Assembly (NCBI GenBank): GCA_023410025.1
Contig: JAEYQM010000023.1
Span: forward strand, 5 to 64,004
Length of the DNA: 64,000 bases
Origin: Bacillota bacterium
GTDB lineage: Bacteria > Bacillota_I > Bacilli_A > ML615J-28 > CAG-698
Reading direction: 5' to 3'
Positions 20,067-28,435 of this stretch are shown here, piece by piece. The notes beneath the pieces are model-generated. The model made no database searches. It had not been told where the DNA came from and saw only the letters and a program-made list of their open reading frames with translations. Within the stretch, counting starts at the first letter, position 1; every line of letters begins with the position of its first letter. Position numbers and translations under genes: made by a program.

Positions 20067-21076
20067 ATATAAGCAAGAATTAATTTATAAGTGTTAACTA
20101 CTCCATCCATATGGGTTCTTTCCATACCATGACTTGCAGCAACCCCTGGACCAATTAAACCACCACATATATTATTTCCACCTCTTAAAGCTGCAGAAAC
20201 ATCTGAAGAATAGAATGGATAAATATCTACGGCATAACTTAATTTATTGTCTTTTGATAATTGAATTAATTTATTTGTAATATTGTAATCATATGGTCCT
20301 GAACCATCTTTTGCGCAAATTGATACATCAAACTCAGTACAACTTAAGTCTAGCCCAACACAACCCATATCAACAGCAATCATTTCATCTAAATCAGGAA
20401 TACTGCTGGCACCATGACCAACTTCTTCATATGTTGAAATAATAAATTTTAATGTGTTTTCTGGAGTAATATTATTGGAATGAAGAAATTCAATAACTGT
20501 AAATAAAATAGCTACAGAAATTTTATCATCAAGAAATCTTGACTTAATAAAACCATTATCCATAAAGATAGTTTTAGGATCAACAGCAATAAAATCACCA
20601 TTAGAAATACCTAGGTTTTCAGTATCTTTTTTAGAAGATACTTTTTCATCTAATCGAATATGCATATTCTTATCATTACGTTCAAGAGTTCTTGCATTAT
20701 CAAATACATGAACTGATGGAGCATCAGATAAAAATGTTCCTGTGTATACACGATTATCTCTTGTATAAACCTTACAATATTCTCCATCATATGTTGGAAG
20801 AATTGGACCACCAATTTGTGTAAAACTTAAAGTACCATTTGATTTAATACTTCTAACCATAGCACCAAGTGTATCTACATGGGCACTAAATCCAATTGTA
20901 TAGTCATTTTTACCAGGAATTGTAATAACTAGATTGCCTTTTTTATTCTTTTCGTATTGTAAATTTTTAGAAATTGCAACCTTTTCAAGATAATCAATAA
21001 TGTTATTAGTAAAACCTGAAGGACTATCAATTGAAAAAATCTTTTTAGCAAAATCTATTAAAAATTCTTTGTTCAT
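20051..21076 (-). CDS. M42 family aminopeptidase (FrvX/YsdC-type, glutamyl aminopeptidase-like)
   Basis: Metal-binding blocks GFSAHVDTLG and EEVGHGAS/GGNNICG, typical of the M42 two-metal peptidase fold; 341 aa. Confidence 0.8.
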   Translation of the reverse strand: MNKEFLIDFAKKIFSIDSPSGFTNNIIDYLEKVAISKNLQYEKNKKGNLVITIPGKNDYTIGFSAHVDTLGAMVRSIKSNGTLSFTQIGGPILPTYDGEYCKVYTRDNRVYTGTFLSDAPSVHVFDNARTLERNDKNMHIRLDEKVSSKKDTENLGISNGDFIAVDPKTIFMDNGFIKSRFLDDKISVAILFTVIEFLHSNNITPENTLKFIISTYEEVGHGASSIPDLDEMIAVDMGCVGLDLSCTEFDVSICAKDGSGPYDYNITNKLIQLSKDNKLSYAVDIYPFYSSDVSAALRGGNNICGGLIGPGVAASHGMERTHMDGVVNTYKLILAYIENSH

Positions 21077-21939
21077 TTTTTCTTTGCCTCCTCTATTAAT
21101 TTTTCAATTTCACTTTCATTAAAACTGTATTGTTCACAACAATAATGACATGTTGTTTTAATTTCTTTCTCTTCGTGTAATAATTCTTCTAAATCCTTAA
21201 CGCCTAAAGTAATTAGACCTCGTGCAAAGTTTTCTTTACTACAAGTACATTCAAACTTCACATTTTTTGTTTCAAGAACTTCAAAATCTTCTTCAAATAA
21301 TAATTCTAATATTTCTTCTAATGAACAATTTTCAATAAGAGTTGAAACAGAATTAATTCGTTTTAAACATTCTTCAAGTTTTGTAATTGTTTCATCACTA
21401 GTTCCAGGCAATAATTGAAATACCATTCCCCCACTAGTTCTACATTTGTTATCAACATCAATTAGAATACCAAGGTATACAGCAGAAGGAGTTTGTTCAC
21501 TTTCCATAAAATAATATGTAAAGTCACTTGCAACATTACCTGTTGTTTCGATTGTTGAAGTAAAGAAGTCTTTTAATTTTAAATCTTTAATAACTTCTAA
21601 TAAACCACTATTACCAATTGCAAAAGAATCATCTAATCCATTTTTGCCAACAAAGTTAATATGAGGATTATCAACATAACCTCTAACTGTCCCTGTGCCA
21701 TTGGCATCAACAATAATATTCCCAATTGGTCCATTACCATTCAATTTAATAGTTAATGCTTCATCGTTTTTAAGCATTGCTCCCATCATTAATCCAACTG
21801 ACATAACTTTTCCTAATGCTGAAGATGCAGATGGCCATAAATCATGTCTTCTTATTGTTTCATTAACAATATCCTTATTTTTTACCAAGTATACTCTAAC
21901 TTGATTTTGTAAGGCTAAAGCCTTAACTAAATAATCCAT
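21073..21939 (-). CDS. hslO: redox-regulated chaperone Hsp33
   Basis: C-terminal zinc centre CTCSKE...CHYCCEQY (CxC...CxxC) and Hsp33 family fold; overlaps the downstream peptidase gene. Confidence 0.9.
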   Translation of the reverse strand: MDYLVKALALQNQVRVYLVKNKDIVNETIRRHDLWPSASSALGKVMSVGLMMGAMLKNDEALTIKLNGNGPIGNIIVDANGTGTVRGYVDNPHINFVGKNGLDDSFAIGNSGLLEVIKDLKLKDFFTSTIETTGNVASDFTYYFMESEQTPSAVYLGILIDVDNKCRTSGGMVFQLLPGTSDETITKLEECLKRINSVSTLIENCSLEEILELLFEEDFEVLETKNVKFECTCSKENFARGLITLGVKDLEELLHEEKEIKTTCHYCCEQYSFNESEIEKLIEEAKKK

Positions 21940-22034
21940 TTAAATCACCTTTAATTATTATACCACAAATATAAATATTTCTTAACATTAAATCACATTT
22001 TATGGTATAATAATAAAGAATTTGGAGGTATAAA

Positions 22035-22598
22035 ATGGATAGAGTCGTTTCAAAAACAAATTATAGTCGTCAACAACATAAAGAATTTTATAAATTTCAT
22101 ATGTTTCACAAAACTACATCAACATATTTTATTTTAGTTCTTGCCGTTTTCGTAGTTGTAATTGCAGTTATAAACACATTTCAAGTAATTAGAGATAAAG
22201 GAAATATCAGTCAAGTATTTGTATTATGGGGTCTTGCTGCATTTTCTGTACTTGCAACACCACTAATGATGATAACAAGAATTAATAACATCGTAAAGAA
22301 TGAAACAAAAGAAAGAAAAGATTCATACGATACAATTGAAGTTACAAAAGCAAAAATTGTTAGAACAAGCTCAGTAATGGAAGGAAAAGCCGTATTTGGA
22401 TGGCATCAAATTGAAAGCATTGCTGAAACAGAAAAATATATTTATCTTTATACTGGTCCATCAACAGGTATATTTATTGTAAAAGATGATATTATTGAAG
22501 GAAATGTTGAGTTATTTAAGAAACTTGCTGAAAATAACATGAAGAAAAACAAAAAAGGAAAAATTAAATATACTACACATTTTAGGGTAAAAAAATGA
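22035..22598 (+). CDS. YcxB-like membrane protein (bacterial PH-like domain), paralogue 1
   Basis: Two N-terminal TM helices, then the W-x-I-x-ET-x-KY-x-Y-x-Y-x-G block shared with ORFs 40379 and 41125; extended -10 TGgTATAAT upstream. Confidence 0.6.
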   Translation: MDRVVSKTNYSRQQHKEFYKFHMFHKTTSTYFILVLAVFVVVIAVINTFQVIRDKGNISQVFVLWGLAAFSVLATPLMMITRINNIVKNETKERKDSYDTIEVTKAKIVRTSSVMEGKAVFGWHQIESIAETEKYIYLYTGPSTGIFIVKDDIIEGNVELFKKLAENNMKKNKKGKIKYTTHFRVKK

Positions 22599-23152
22599 TT
22601 CAAGACTATATAAAATGGTATAGTAAAAATTCTGAGTTTTTAGATAAACTATATAAAAATGGTTCAATACTATATGATCGAATTGAAGACGTAGTAGGAC
22701 TTATGAATATTATTAGTGATGATAGATGGTCAGGTTTACTATTTAATCCTGAAATAGATCAATTTGAAGATGTTGAAAAATTATTTGAATTAGGTTATAA
22801 TTTTTTATATGATCGTGTAAATGAAATTCAATATTATTTAAAATATAATTTTAGTGATAATATTGAAGAGTTAAAGAAATATGAAAGTTTAATTAATTAT
22901 AGTTTTTATATTGATGAAATATTAGATGCAGTAAAAGAAAATAAAGAATTGTATGAAGTTATATCAAAAGAATTAGAACCAATTCAAGATAAACTTGATG
23001 CAATTATTACTAATAAAAAAACTTTTAATATTGAAGTGTTAGATGAATATAATATTATCATATCTAGTTTAATCCCTAGTGATGCGGAAGTATATACAAT
23101 TGTAGATATATTTCAAAGCTCATATGCGTATATTGAAGATATGTTTAAATAA
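22595..23152 (+). CDS. hypothetical acidic protein coupled to the YcxB-like gene
   Basis: 185-aa ORF overlapping the upstream stop (ATGA); no recognisable motifs. Confidence 0.5.
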   Translation: MIQDYIKWYSKNSEFLDKLYKNGSILYDRIEDVVGLMNIISDDRWSGLLFNPEIDQFEDVEKLFELGYNFLYDRVNEIQYYLKYNFSDNIEELKKYESLINYSFYIDEILDAVKENKELYEVISKELEPIQDKLDAIITNKKTFNIEVLDEYNIIISSLIPSDAEVYTIVDIFQSSYAYIEDMFK

Positions 23153-23182
23153 AAATAGTGTTCTTTTCGAACACTATTTTTT
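23153..23182. terminator. bidirectional terminator
   Basis: Stem atagtgttc / gaacactat (loop tttc) with flanking A- and T-runs, between convergent genes. Confidence 0.75.
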
Positions 23183-23720
23183 ATATAATACCAAATATTG
23201 TTAAAATTCCTAAAGAAACAAAAATAATAAATGTTAATAATCCTGTATTAAACGATGATTTTGATATCTTGTTACCTAGTATAAAAGCTATGAATGTAAT
23301 GGTTGCACTAATAATACCAAATATAATTGCCGGTATTATAATTAATTTGTTTGTAAATCCATATGAAAAACCAATAAATATACTATCAATACTTACACCA
23401 AAAGATAATAATATAACTCCAATAATCCCCACAATACCCTTAGAGTCATCATCTTTTTTAATAAGTGACATTAGTCCAAGTAGTATAAAGATTACTCCAC
23501 CAATTAAATTGCCATATTTATTAACACTATTCCTAAAGATGGAACAAAATAAATAAGCAATAACAGGCAGTAAAAAATGCAAAACTCCTATAAAAATAGG
23601 AGTCCAAATTTTGCTTTTTTTAGGATATTGGCCATTTGAAGCATATACAGTACATGCAACAAAAGCATCAACGCTTAATAGTAAGCCAATTCCAATAGAT
23701 AAGATTATTACTTCGATCAT
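23181..23720 (-). CDS. mntP: putative manganese efflux pump MntP family membrane protein
   Basis: About six TM helices with the duplicated SxDAF/SIDS motifs of the MntP/DUF204 family (LSVDAFVA and VSIDSIFI); about 180 aa. Confidence 0.65.
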   Translation of the reverse strand: MIEVIILSIGIGLLLSVDAFVACTVYASNGQYPKKSKIWTPIFIGVLHFLLPVIAYLFCSIFRNSVNKYGNLIGGVIFILLGLMSLIKKDDDSKGIVGIIGVILLSFGVSIDSIFIGFSYGFTNKLIIIPAIIFGIISATITFIAFILGNKISKSSFNTGLLTFIIFVSLGILTIFGII

Positions 23721-25207
23721 TTAGTACGCATATGTGGGAATAAAATAACATCGCGGATAGAATCAATACCTGTAAGTAACATGATTAATCTATCAATACC
23801 AATACCAAGGCCTCCAGCAGGTGGCATACCATACTCTAGAGCTTCAACAAAGTCATGATCCATTTCAGTAGCTTCATCATTACCTAAATCTTTTTCTTTC
23901 AATTGATTTTCAAATCTTTCTCTTTGATCAATTGGGTCATTTAATTCAGTAAATGCATTCGCATATTCTTTCTTGTTAATGAATAATTCAAAACGATCTG
24001 TAAAACGAGGATCTTTTAAATTCTTCTTAGCAAGTGGAGAAATTTCAATTGGATGACCATATACAAATGTAGGTTGAATTAAAGTTTCTTCAACAAATTC
24101 TTCAAAGAATAAATTGATAATATGACCATATGCCATTTGATGTTTACTTACATGTACATTATGTTTCTTAGCTATTTCTAAAGCTTCTTCAGTAGATGTA
24201 ACTTTAAAGAAATCAACACCTGTAACTTCTTTAATAGCGTCTACCATATGAATTCTCTTAAACTTTGGAGCTAAGCTAATATTTTTTTCTTGATATACTA
24301 ATTCAGTTGTTCCACAAACTTTTAAGGCAACTGTTGATAAACATTCTTCAATAATATCCATCATACCTTCCATATCAGAATAGGCTAAATATGCTTCAAT
24401 AGTTGTGAATTCAGGATTATGAGTTGAATCCATACCTTCATTTCTAAATAATCTACCAATTTCATAAACAGCTTCCATACCACCAACTAGTAATCTCTTT
24501 AATGGTAATTCAGTAGCAATTCTTAAGTAGAAATCCATATCTAATGTATTATGATGTGTAACGAATGGTCTTGCGTTTGCTCCACCTAAAATAGGTTGAA
24601 GAATTGGCGTTTCCACCTCAACAAATCCCTTTCCATCAAAGAAATTTTGAACTGCTCTAATAATTTTTGGACGCATAAATGCAACACGCTTAGAATCCTC
24701 GTTAACGATTAAATCAACATAACGATGACGTCTAGCTTCTTCCTTATCTTGCAATCCGTGATACTTATCAGGTAGTGGTCTTAATGCTTTTGTTAAGTGA
24801 GTAAGTTTTGTTGCTTTAACTGTAATTTCTCCTGTATTAGTACGGATAACTAAACCAGTTATACCAACAATATCACCTAAATCTGCCATATTAAATACTT
24901 CAAATTCTTGTTCTGTTACCATATCTTGTCTAACATATACTTGAATTTCTCCGTATTTATCTTGAAGGTGCATAAAGCCAGCTTTACCCTTGCTTCTAAT
25001 TGTCATAATACGACCTGCAATTGAAACCTCTATATTAAGTTCATGCAATTCTTCTTTTGATAAATGGTCATATTTAGACTTAATATCAAGAGAATTAGAG
25101 TTTCTTTCAAATTTTTGACCAAATGGATCAATACCCTTGTCTCTTAATTCATTCATTTTTTTTCTTCTAACTAATTCTTGATCAGTTAAACGAATATCCA
25201 TAGACAT
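23717..25207 (-). CDS. lysS: lysine--tRNA ligase (class II)
   Basis: OB-fold anticodon-binding N-domain plus class II core motifs ([15 protein letters not shown]). Start set at [10 protein letters not shown], preceded by AAAGAGGTGG on the minus strand; the longer ORF start lacks an RBS. Confidence 0.93.
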   Translation of the reverse strand: MSMDIRLTDQELVRRKKMNELRDKGIDPFGQKFERNSNSLDIKSKYDHLSKEELHELNIEVSIAGRIMTIRSKGKAGFMHLQDKYGEIQVYVRQDMVTEQEFEVFNMADLGDIVGITGLVIRTNTGEITVKATKLTHLTKALRPLPDKYHGLQDKEEARRHRYVDLIVNEDSKRVAFMRPKIIRAVQNFFDGKGFVEVETPILQPILGGANARPFVTHHNTLDMDFYLRIATELPLKRLLVGGMEAVYEIGRLFRNEGMDSTHNPEFTTIEAYLAYSDMEGMMDIIEECLSTVALKVCGTTELVYQEKNISLAPKFKRIHMVDAIKEVTGVDFFKVTSTEEALEIAKKHNVHVSKHQMAYGHIINLFFEEFVEETLIQPTFVYGHPIEISPLAKKNLKDPRFTDRFELFINKKEYANAFTELNDPIDQRERFENQLKEKDLGNDEATEMDHDFVEALEYGMPPAGGLGIGIDRLIMLLTGIDSIRDVILFPHMRTK

Positions 25208-25265
25208 AAAACCACCTCTTTGTTTTTGTATTATACCATAATTAAACATAAAAATAAACTAAAAT

Positions 25266-25976
25266 TTAAAAGACATAGGGTTGAAGTATTTCTGTAATTA
25301 AGGAATACCCTAAAATAGATATATGTAACCCTTCAATTGTATATTCTTTCATAAGATTTCCAGTTCCATCTTTTAATTTTGAATTTACATCAATATACTT
25401 GATATTATTATTATCACAAATTTTAATTAATTGATTATTAATAAAATTAATATCACTATTTTTTCTTCTACCAACAATTATTTTACTTAAGGCAATGGCT
25501 GATGAGTTAACAGGATATAAAGAAATTACAAATATTTGTGCATTTGGTATAGCTTCTTTAATTCTATTAATAATTTTTTTAATATTATTTACTACATACT
25601 CTTTGCTTTTTTTGTTACCTAAATCATTAGTTCCAATTTGTAAGAATATTTTTCGAGGACTTATGTTAATAACATTGTCATCTAACCTACTTAAAACATC
25701 ATCAGTTGTGTCACTTGCAATTCCTCGATTATAAATATCTGATTTTAAAAAAAACTCATGAGTCCTATAAAAATCAGTTAAGGAATCACCTAAGAAGACA
25801 ATACAATTCTTTTTAGCTGCTTTATTCATTTCAGAATAAATCCATTTCTTTTGACTTTTTGATTCCTTGATATAATTTGAATAGTAGTATACAAGAGTAA
25901 TAAGAAGGGATAAAACAACTACAAATAAAAAAACAATAATAATAAATAGTATATTATTAATTACAATTAAAAACAT
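25266..25976 (-). CDS. SGNH/GDSL-family hydrolase with N-terminal membrane anchor
   Basis: GDSL block VFLGDSLTD, a later GTND block and an N-terminal TM helix. Confidence 0.7.
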   Translation of the reverse strand: MFLIVINNILFIIIVFLFVVVLSLLITLVYYYSNYIKESKSQKKWIYSEMNKAAKKNCIVFLGDSLTDFYRTHEFFLKSDIYNRGIASDTTDDVLSRLDDNVINISPRKIFLQIGTNDLGNKKSKEYVVNNIKKIINRIKEAIPNAQIFVISLYPVNSSAIALSKIIVGRRKNSDINFINNQLIKICDNNNIKYIDVNSKLKDGTGNLMKEYTIEGLHISILGYSLITEILQPYVF

Positions 25977-26448
25977 ATAAAATCCTCCGATATATCTATT
26001 CTATCATAATCATTAATTAATTACAAATGATAAAGTTTATACTTTAATATTTAAAAACTAAAATTATGTGATATAATGTTTAATGATAACTAATAAAAAA
26101 TTATATAATGAGTTTATACACATAATATAACCTATAGAAAATAATTTAAAGATTATCATTAGGTGAAATTATTAAAAAAATAGGATTGAAATAGATAAAA
26201 ATCAATATAAAGAATTTGGCTATATTATTGAGAAAAAATATTTTAATATATTTAGACACTATTTTATTCAAACATCTTACTATTATTTATGCTAACTTAT
26301 TGGAAAAATAACAAATAATGATATGAATAATTATAAATTAAATTATTCTAAAGTACTAACAAGCATTTAAGAATAATTAAGGGTATTATATCAATAGATT
26401 ACATATAGTGTTAAAAAAAGACTTAGAATTATTAATGGAGAAGAAAAT

Positions 26449-26976
26449 ATGGAAATGATTTATATAGCTATAGTAGTAGTACTACTCACACTTTTTTATA
26501 ATATATTTATTTTACCAATACAGAGAAATAAAAAGATTACAGATAAATTAAGTGTATTTGAAAAACAGGGATTCATTTTGATGAAAGAAGAAAAAAAGCC
26601 ATATGATTATACATTAGATAGCGAGAATTTAACAATTTATATTAAATTTGTATATGTACCAAAACATTCTATTATTACCATAAACAATAGATCAACATGG
26701 AGATTGTCATGGGGAGGTAATCCTAATAAACCAGGTAGACCATTTCCTAATCACCGCTATATAAGTGAAATTGATGACTTTTCAAAGTTTACAATTAAAA
26801 AAGAGAAAAAAACCTTAAAATTATTTTTAATATATGAAAAAACAGAAAAAATACTAATGTATTTAAATGAAAGTGAACTTGATTTTGTAACAACAAAAAC
26901 AAGTCCATATGGATATAAGGTAAGTAATTTTAGTAGTATAGAAGAAGATTTTAATGACTTAATAACATATAAATAA
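26449..26976 (+). CDS. hypothetical membrane-anchored protein
   Basis: One N-terminal TM helix, 175 aa, RBS-like TGGAGAAG upstream; no family recognised. Confidence 0.45.
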   Translation: MEMIYIAIVVVLLTLFYNIFILPIQRNKKITDKLSVFEKQGFILMKEEKKPYDYTLDSENLTIYIKFVYVPKHSIITINNRSTWRLSWGGNPNKPGRPFPNHRYISEIDDFSKFTIKKEKKTLKLFLIYEKTEKILMYLNESELDFVTTKTSPYGYKVSNFSSIEEDFNDLITYK

Positions 26977-27008
26977 TTATATCTCATATAATTTTATGAG
27001 GTGAAATT

Positions 27009-27284
27009 ATGAATGAAACAATAAAGCAAGAAATTCAATTAAAGAATCGCAAAGACTTAAATATTAGCGGAGTAAAAAAAATATATTCTCTAAATGAAAA
27101 TGAATTTGTTTTAGATACATTACTTGGGAAAATGAGAGTTTGTGGAAGTGGATTAGAAATGATTCAACTTGATATTGAAAAAGGTATTTTAATTATTTCT
27201 GGCAATATTAGTCTAATGGAATATGCAGATAACATTAAAGTCAAAAAAGATCATTCAAGTTTCATTACTAAGTTATTCAAATGA
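27009..27284 (+). CDS. yabP: sporulation protein YabP family
   Basis: 91 aa; matches the YabP pattern (LxNRKDLNISGVKKIYSLNENEFVLDTLLGKMRVCGSGLEMIQLDIEKGILIISGNISLMEY); followed by a yabQ-like gene as in Bacillus. Confidence 0.7.
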   Translation: MNETIKQEIQLKNRKDLNISGVKKIYSLNENEFVLDTLLGKMRVCGSGLEMIQLDIEKGILIISGNISLMEYADNIKVKKDHSSFITKLFK

Positions 27285-27724
27285 GCTACACATTTCTTGA
27301 TCAAGTTATTATCATAATTAAATTTATTATTCTTGGGATATATATGTCAATTATGATTGATATATGTGCCAGTATAACTATCAAGAATAAATTTATTAAT
27401 TGGATAATACAAATATTATTTTGGTTATTAAATGTTTTTATTGTTTTAAAAGTAGTTTTATCAATTAGTAGTGGTTATTTACCAATATATAGTTTCTTAT
27501 TCTTTATAGGTGGATATTTAATTTATATCTATTTTATTAAAAAATCTTTTCTTAAAATGATAAAAAATGTTAAGACGGGATATAGAAAGTCAAAGAAAAG
27601 TATAATGGCTGTTATACTACCAATTACATTTGCAAAAAAGATATTTAGTATTTTTAAAAAAATTTTTAAAATAATTTTTAAAAAGAAAATAAAAGTTAAT
27701 AATAATATAGATGTCACACAATAG
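27281..27724 (+). CDS. yabQ: spore cortex biosynthesis protein YabQ family (membrane protein)
   Basis: Overlaps the yabP stop. TM topology and conserved DFLFW-like and SGxxxxY blocks (INWIIQILFWLLN, SSGYLPIYSFLFFIGG) resemble YabQ; basic C-terminal tail. Confidence 0.6.
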   Translation: MSYTFLDQVIIIIKFIILGIYMSIMIDICASITIKNKFINWIIQILFWLLNVFIVLKVVLSISSGYLPIYSFLFFIGGYLIYIYFIKKSFLKMIKNVKTGYRKSKKSIMAVILPITFAKKIFSIFKKIFKIIFKKKIKVNNNIDVTQ

Positions 27725-27840
27725 ATTAGATTGAATCTAATCTTTTTAATTAAAAAAATAAAAAAAGCATAAAAAAAGTCTTGCTTTTTTAAATTTTGTA
27801 TAGTATGATATTAGAGCAAATGCATGTTGCAAACATAAAT

Positions 27841-27925
27841 GGAGGGGTAGCGAAGTGGCTAAACGCGGTGGACTGTAAATCCACTCTCTCCGAGTTCGGC
27901 AGTTCGAATCTGCCCCCCTCCACCA
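27841..27925 (+). tRNA. tRNA-Tyr (anticodon GTA), class II with long variable arm
   Basis: Acceptor ggagggg/cccctcc, anticodon loop CTGTAAA, long variable arm, T-loop GTTCGAATC, encoded CCA; 85 nt. Confidence 0.9.
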
Positions 27926-27936
27926 TTTTTGTTAGT

Positions 27937-28012
27937 AGGCCCATAGCCAAGCGGTAAGGCAACGGACTTTGACTCCGTCATTTCGGTTGTTCGAATCAAC
28001 CTGGGCCTGCCA
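27937..28012 (+). tRNA. tRNA-Gln (anticodon TTG)
   Basis: Acceptor aggccca/tgggcct, D-arm TAGCCAAGCGGTAAGGCA, anticodon loop CTTTGAC, T-loop GTTCGAATC, encoded CCA; 76 nt; closely resembles Bacillus tRNA-Gln. Confidence 0.9.
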
Positions 28013-28016
28013 TTTG

Positions 28017-28046
28017 AATAAAATCCATTGATTTGGATTTTTTATT
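28017..28046 (+). terminator. rho-independent terminator after the tRNA pair
   Basis: Stem aaatcca / tggattt followed by TTTTATTTT. Confidence 0.75.
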
Positions 28047-28098
28047 TTACCCCTTATTAAAATTAGCTATTTGTTAATAATAAAATAGGAGGTAAATT

Positions 28099-28254
28099 AT
28101 GAATGATAATATAAAGAAAAAGAAAAGTATGCAAGAAAAAATTGAAGATGAAATACAAGAAAAATTAGAAAATAATGAAGAATTGGATGATTCAGAAGTT
28201 GGATATCTTAGATTTAATAATATTGAAGAATACCCAAATGATAGTAAAAAATAA
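28099..28254 (+). CDS. small acidic hypothetical protein (51 aa)
   Basis: ATG 8 nt after a consensus RBS AGGAGGT (MNDNIKKKKSMQEKIEDEIQEKLENNEELDDSEVGYLRFNNIEEYPNDSKK). Followed immediately by the hairpin aagtcaa/ttgactt plus T8. Absent from the ORF track because it is under 60 aa. Confidence 0.4.
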   Translation: MNDNIKKKKSMQEKIEDEIQEKLENNEELDDSEVGYLRFNNIEEYPNDSKK

Positions 28255-28435
28255 GTCAATTTGACTTATTTTTTTTAGTTACATATAAGATTGGTATGTA
28301 TAATATATATGTATCAAAAGTAAAACGTTTTTAATAAATCATTGATTTTAAATGTCTATAATGGTATAATAGATAAGAAATTCCAAAAATAGACAGGACT
28401 AGACGAAAAATTTAATGGCAGGAGGTCATAAGATA

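Noticed and set aside
23158-23556. Plus-strand 132-aa ORF overlapping the mntP-like gene
   Set aside because: The minus-strand frame gives a coherent 6-TM MntP-family protein with duplicated SxDAF-like motifs. The plus frame is a hydrophobic shadow with no start context.
28074-28259. 61-aa minus-strand ORF listed in the six-frame track
   Set aside because: It lies antisense to a plus-strand 51-aa ORF that has a consensus RBS and its own terminator. The minus ORF has no RBS and a hydrophobic low-complexity translation typical of AT-rich shadow frames.
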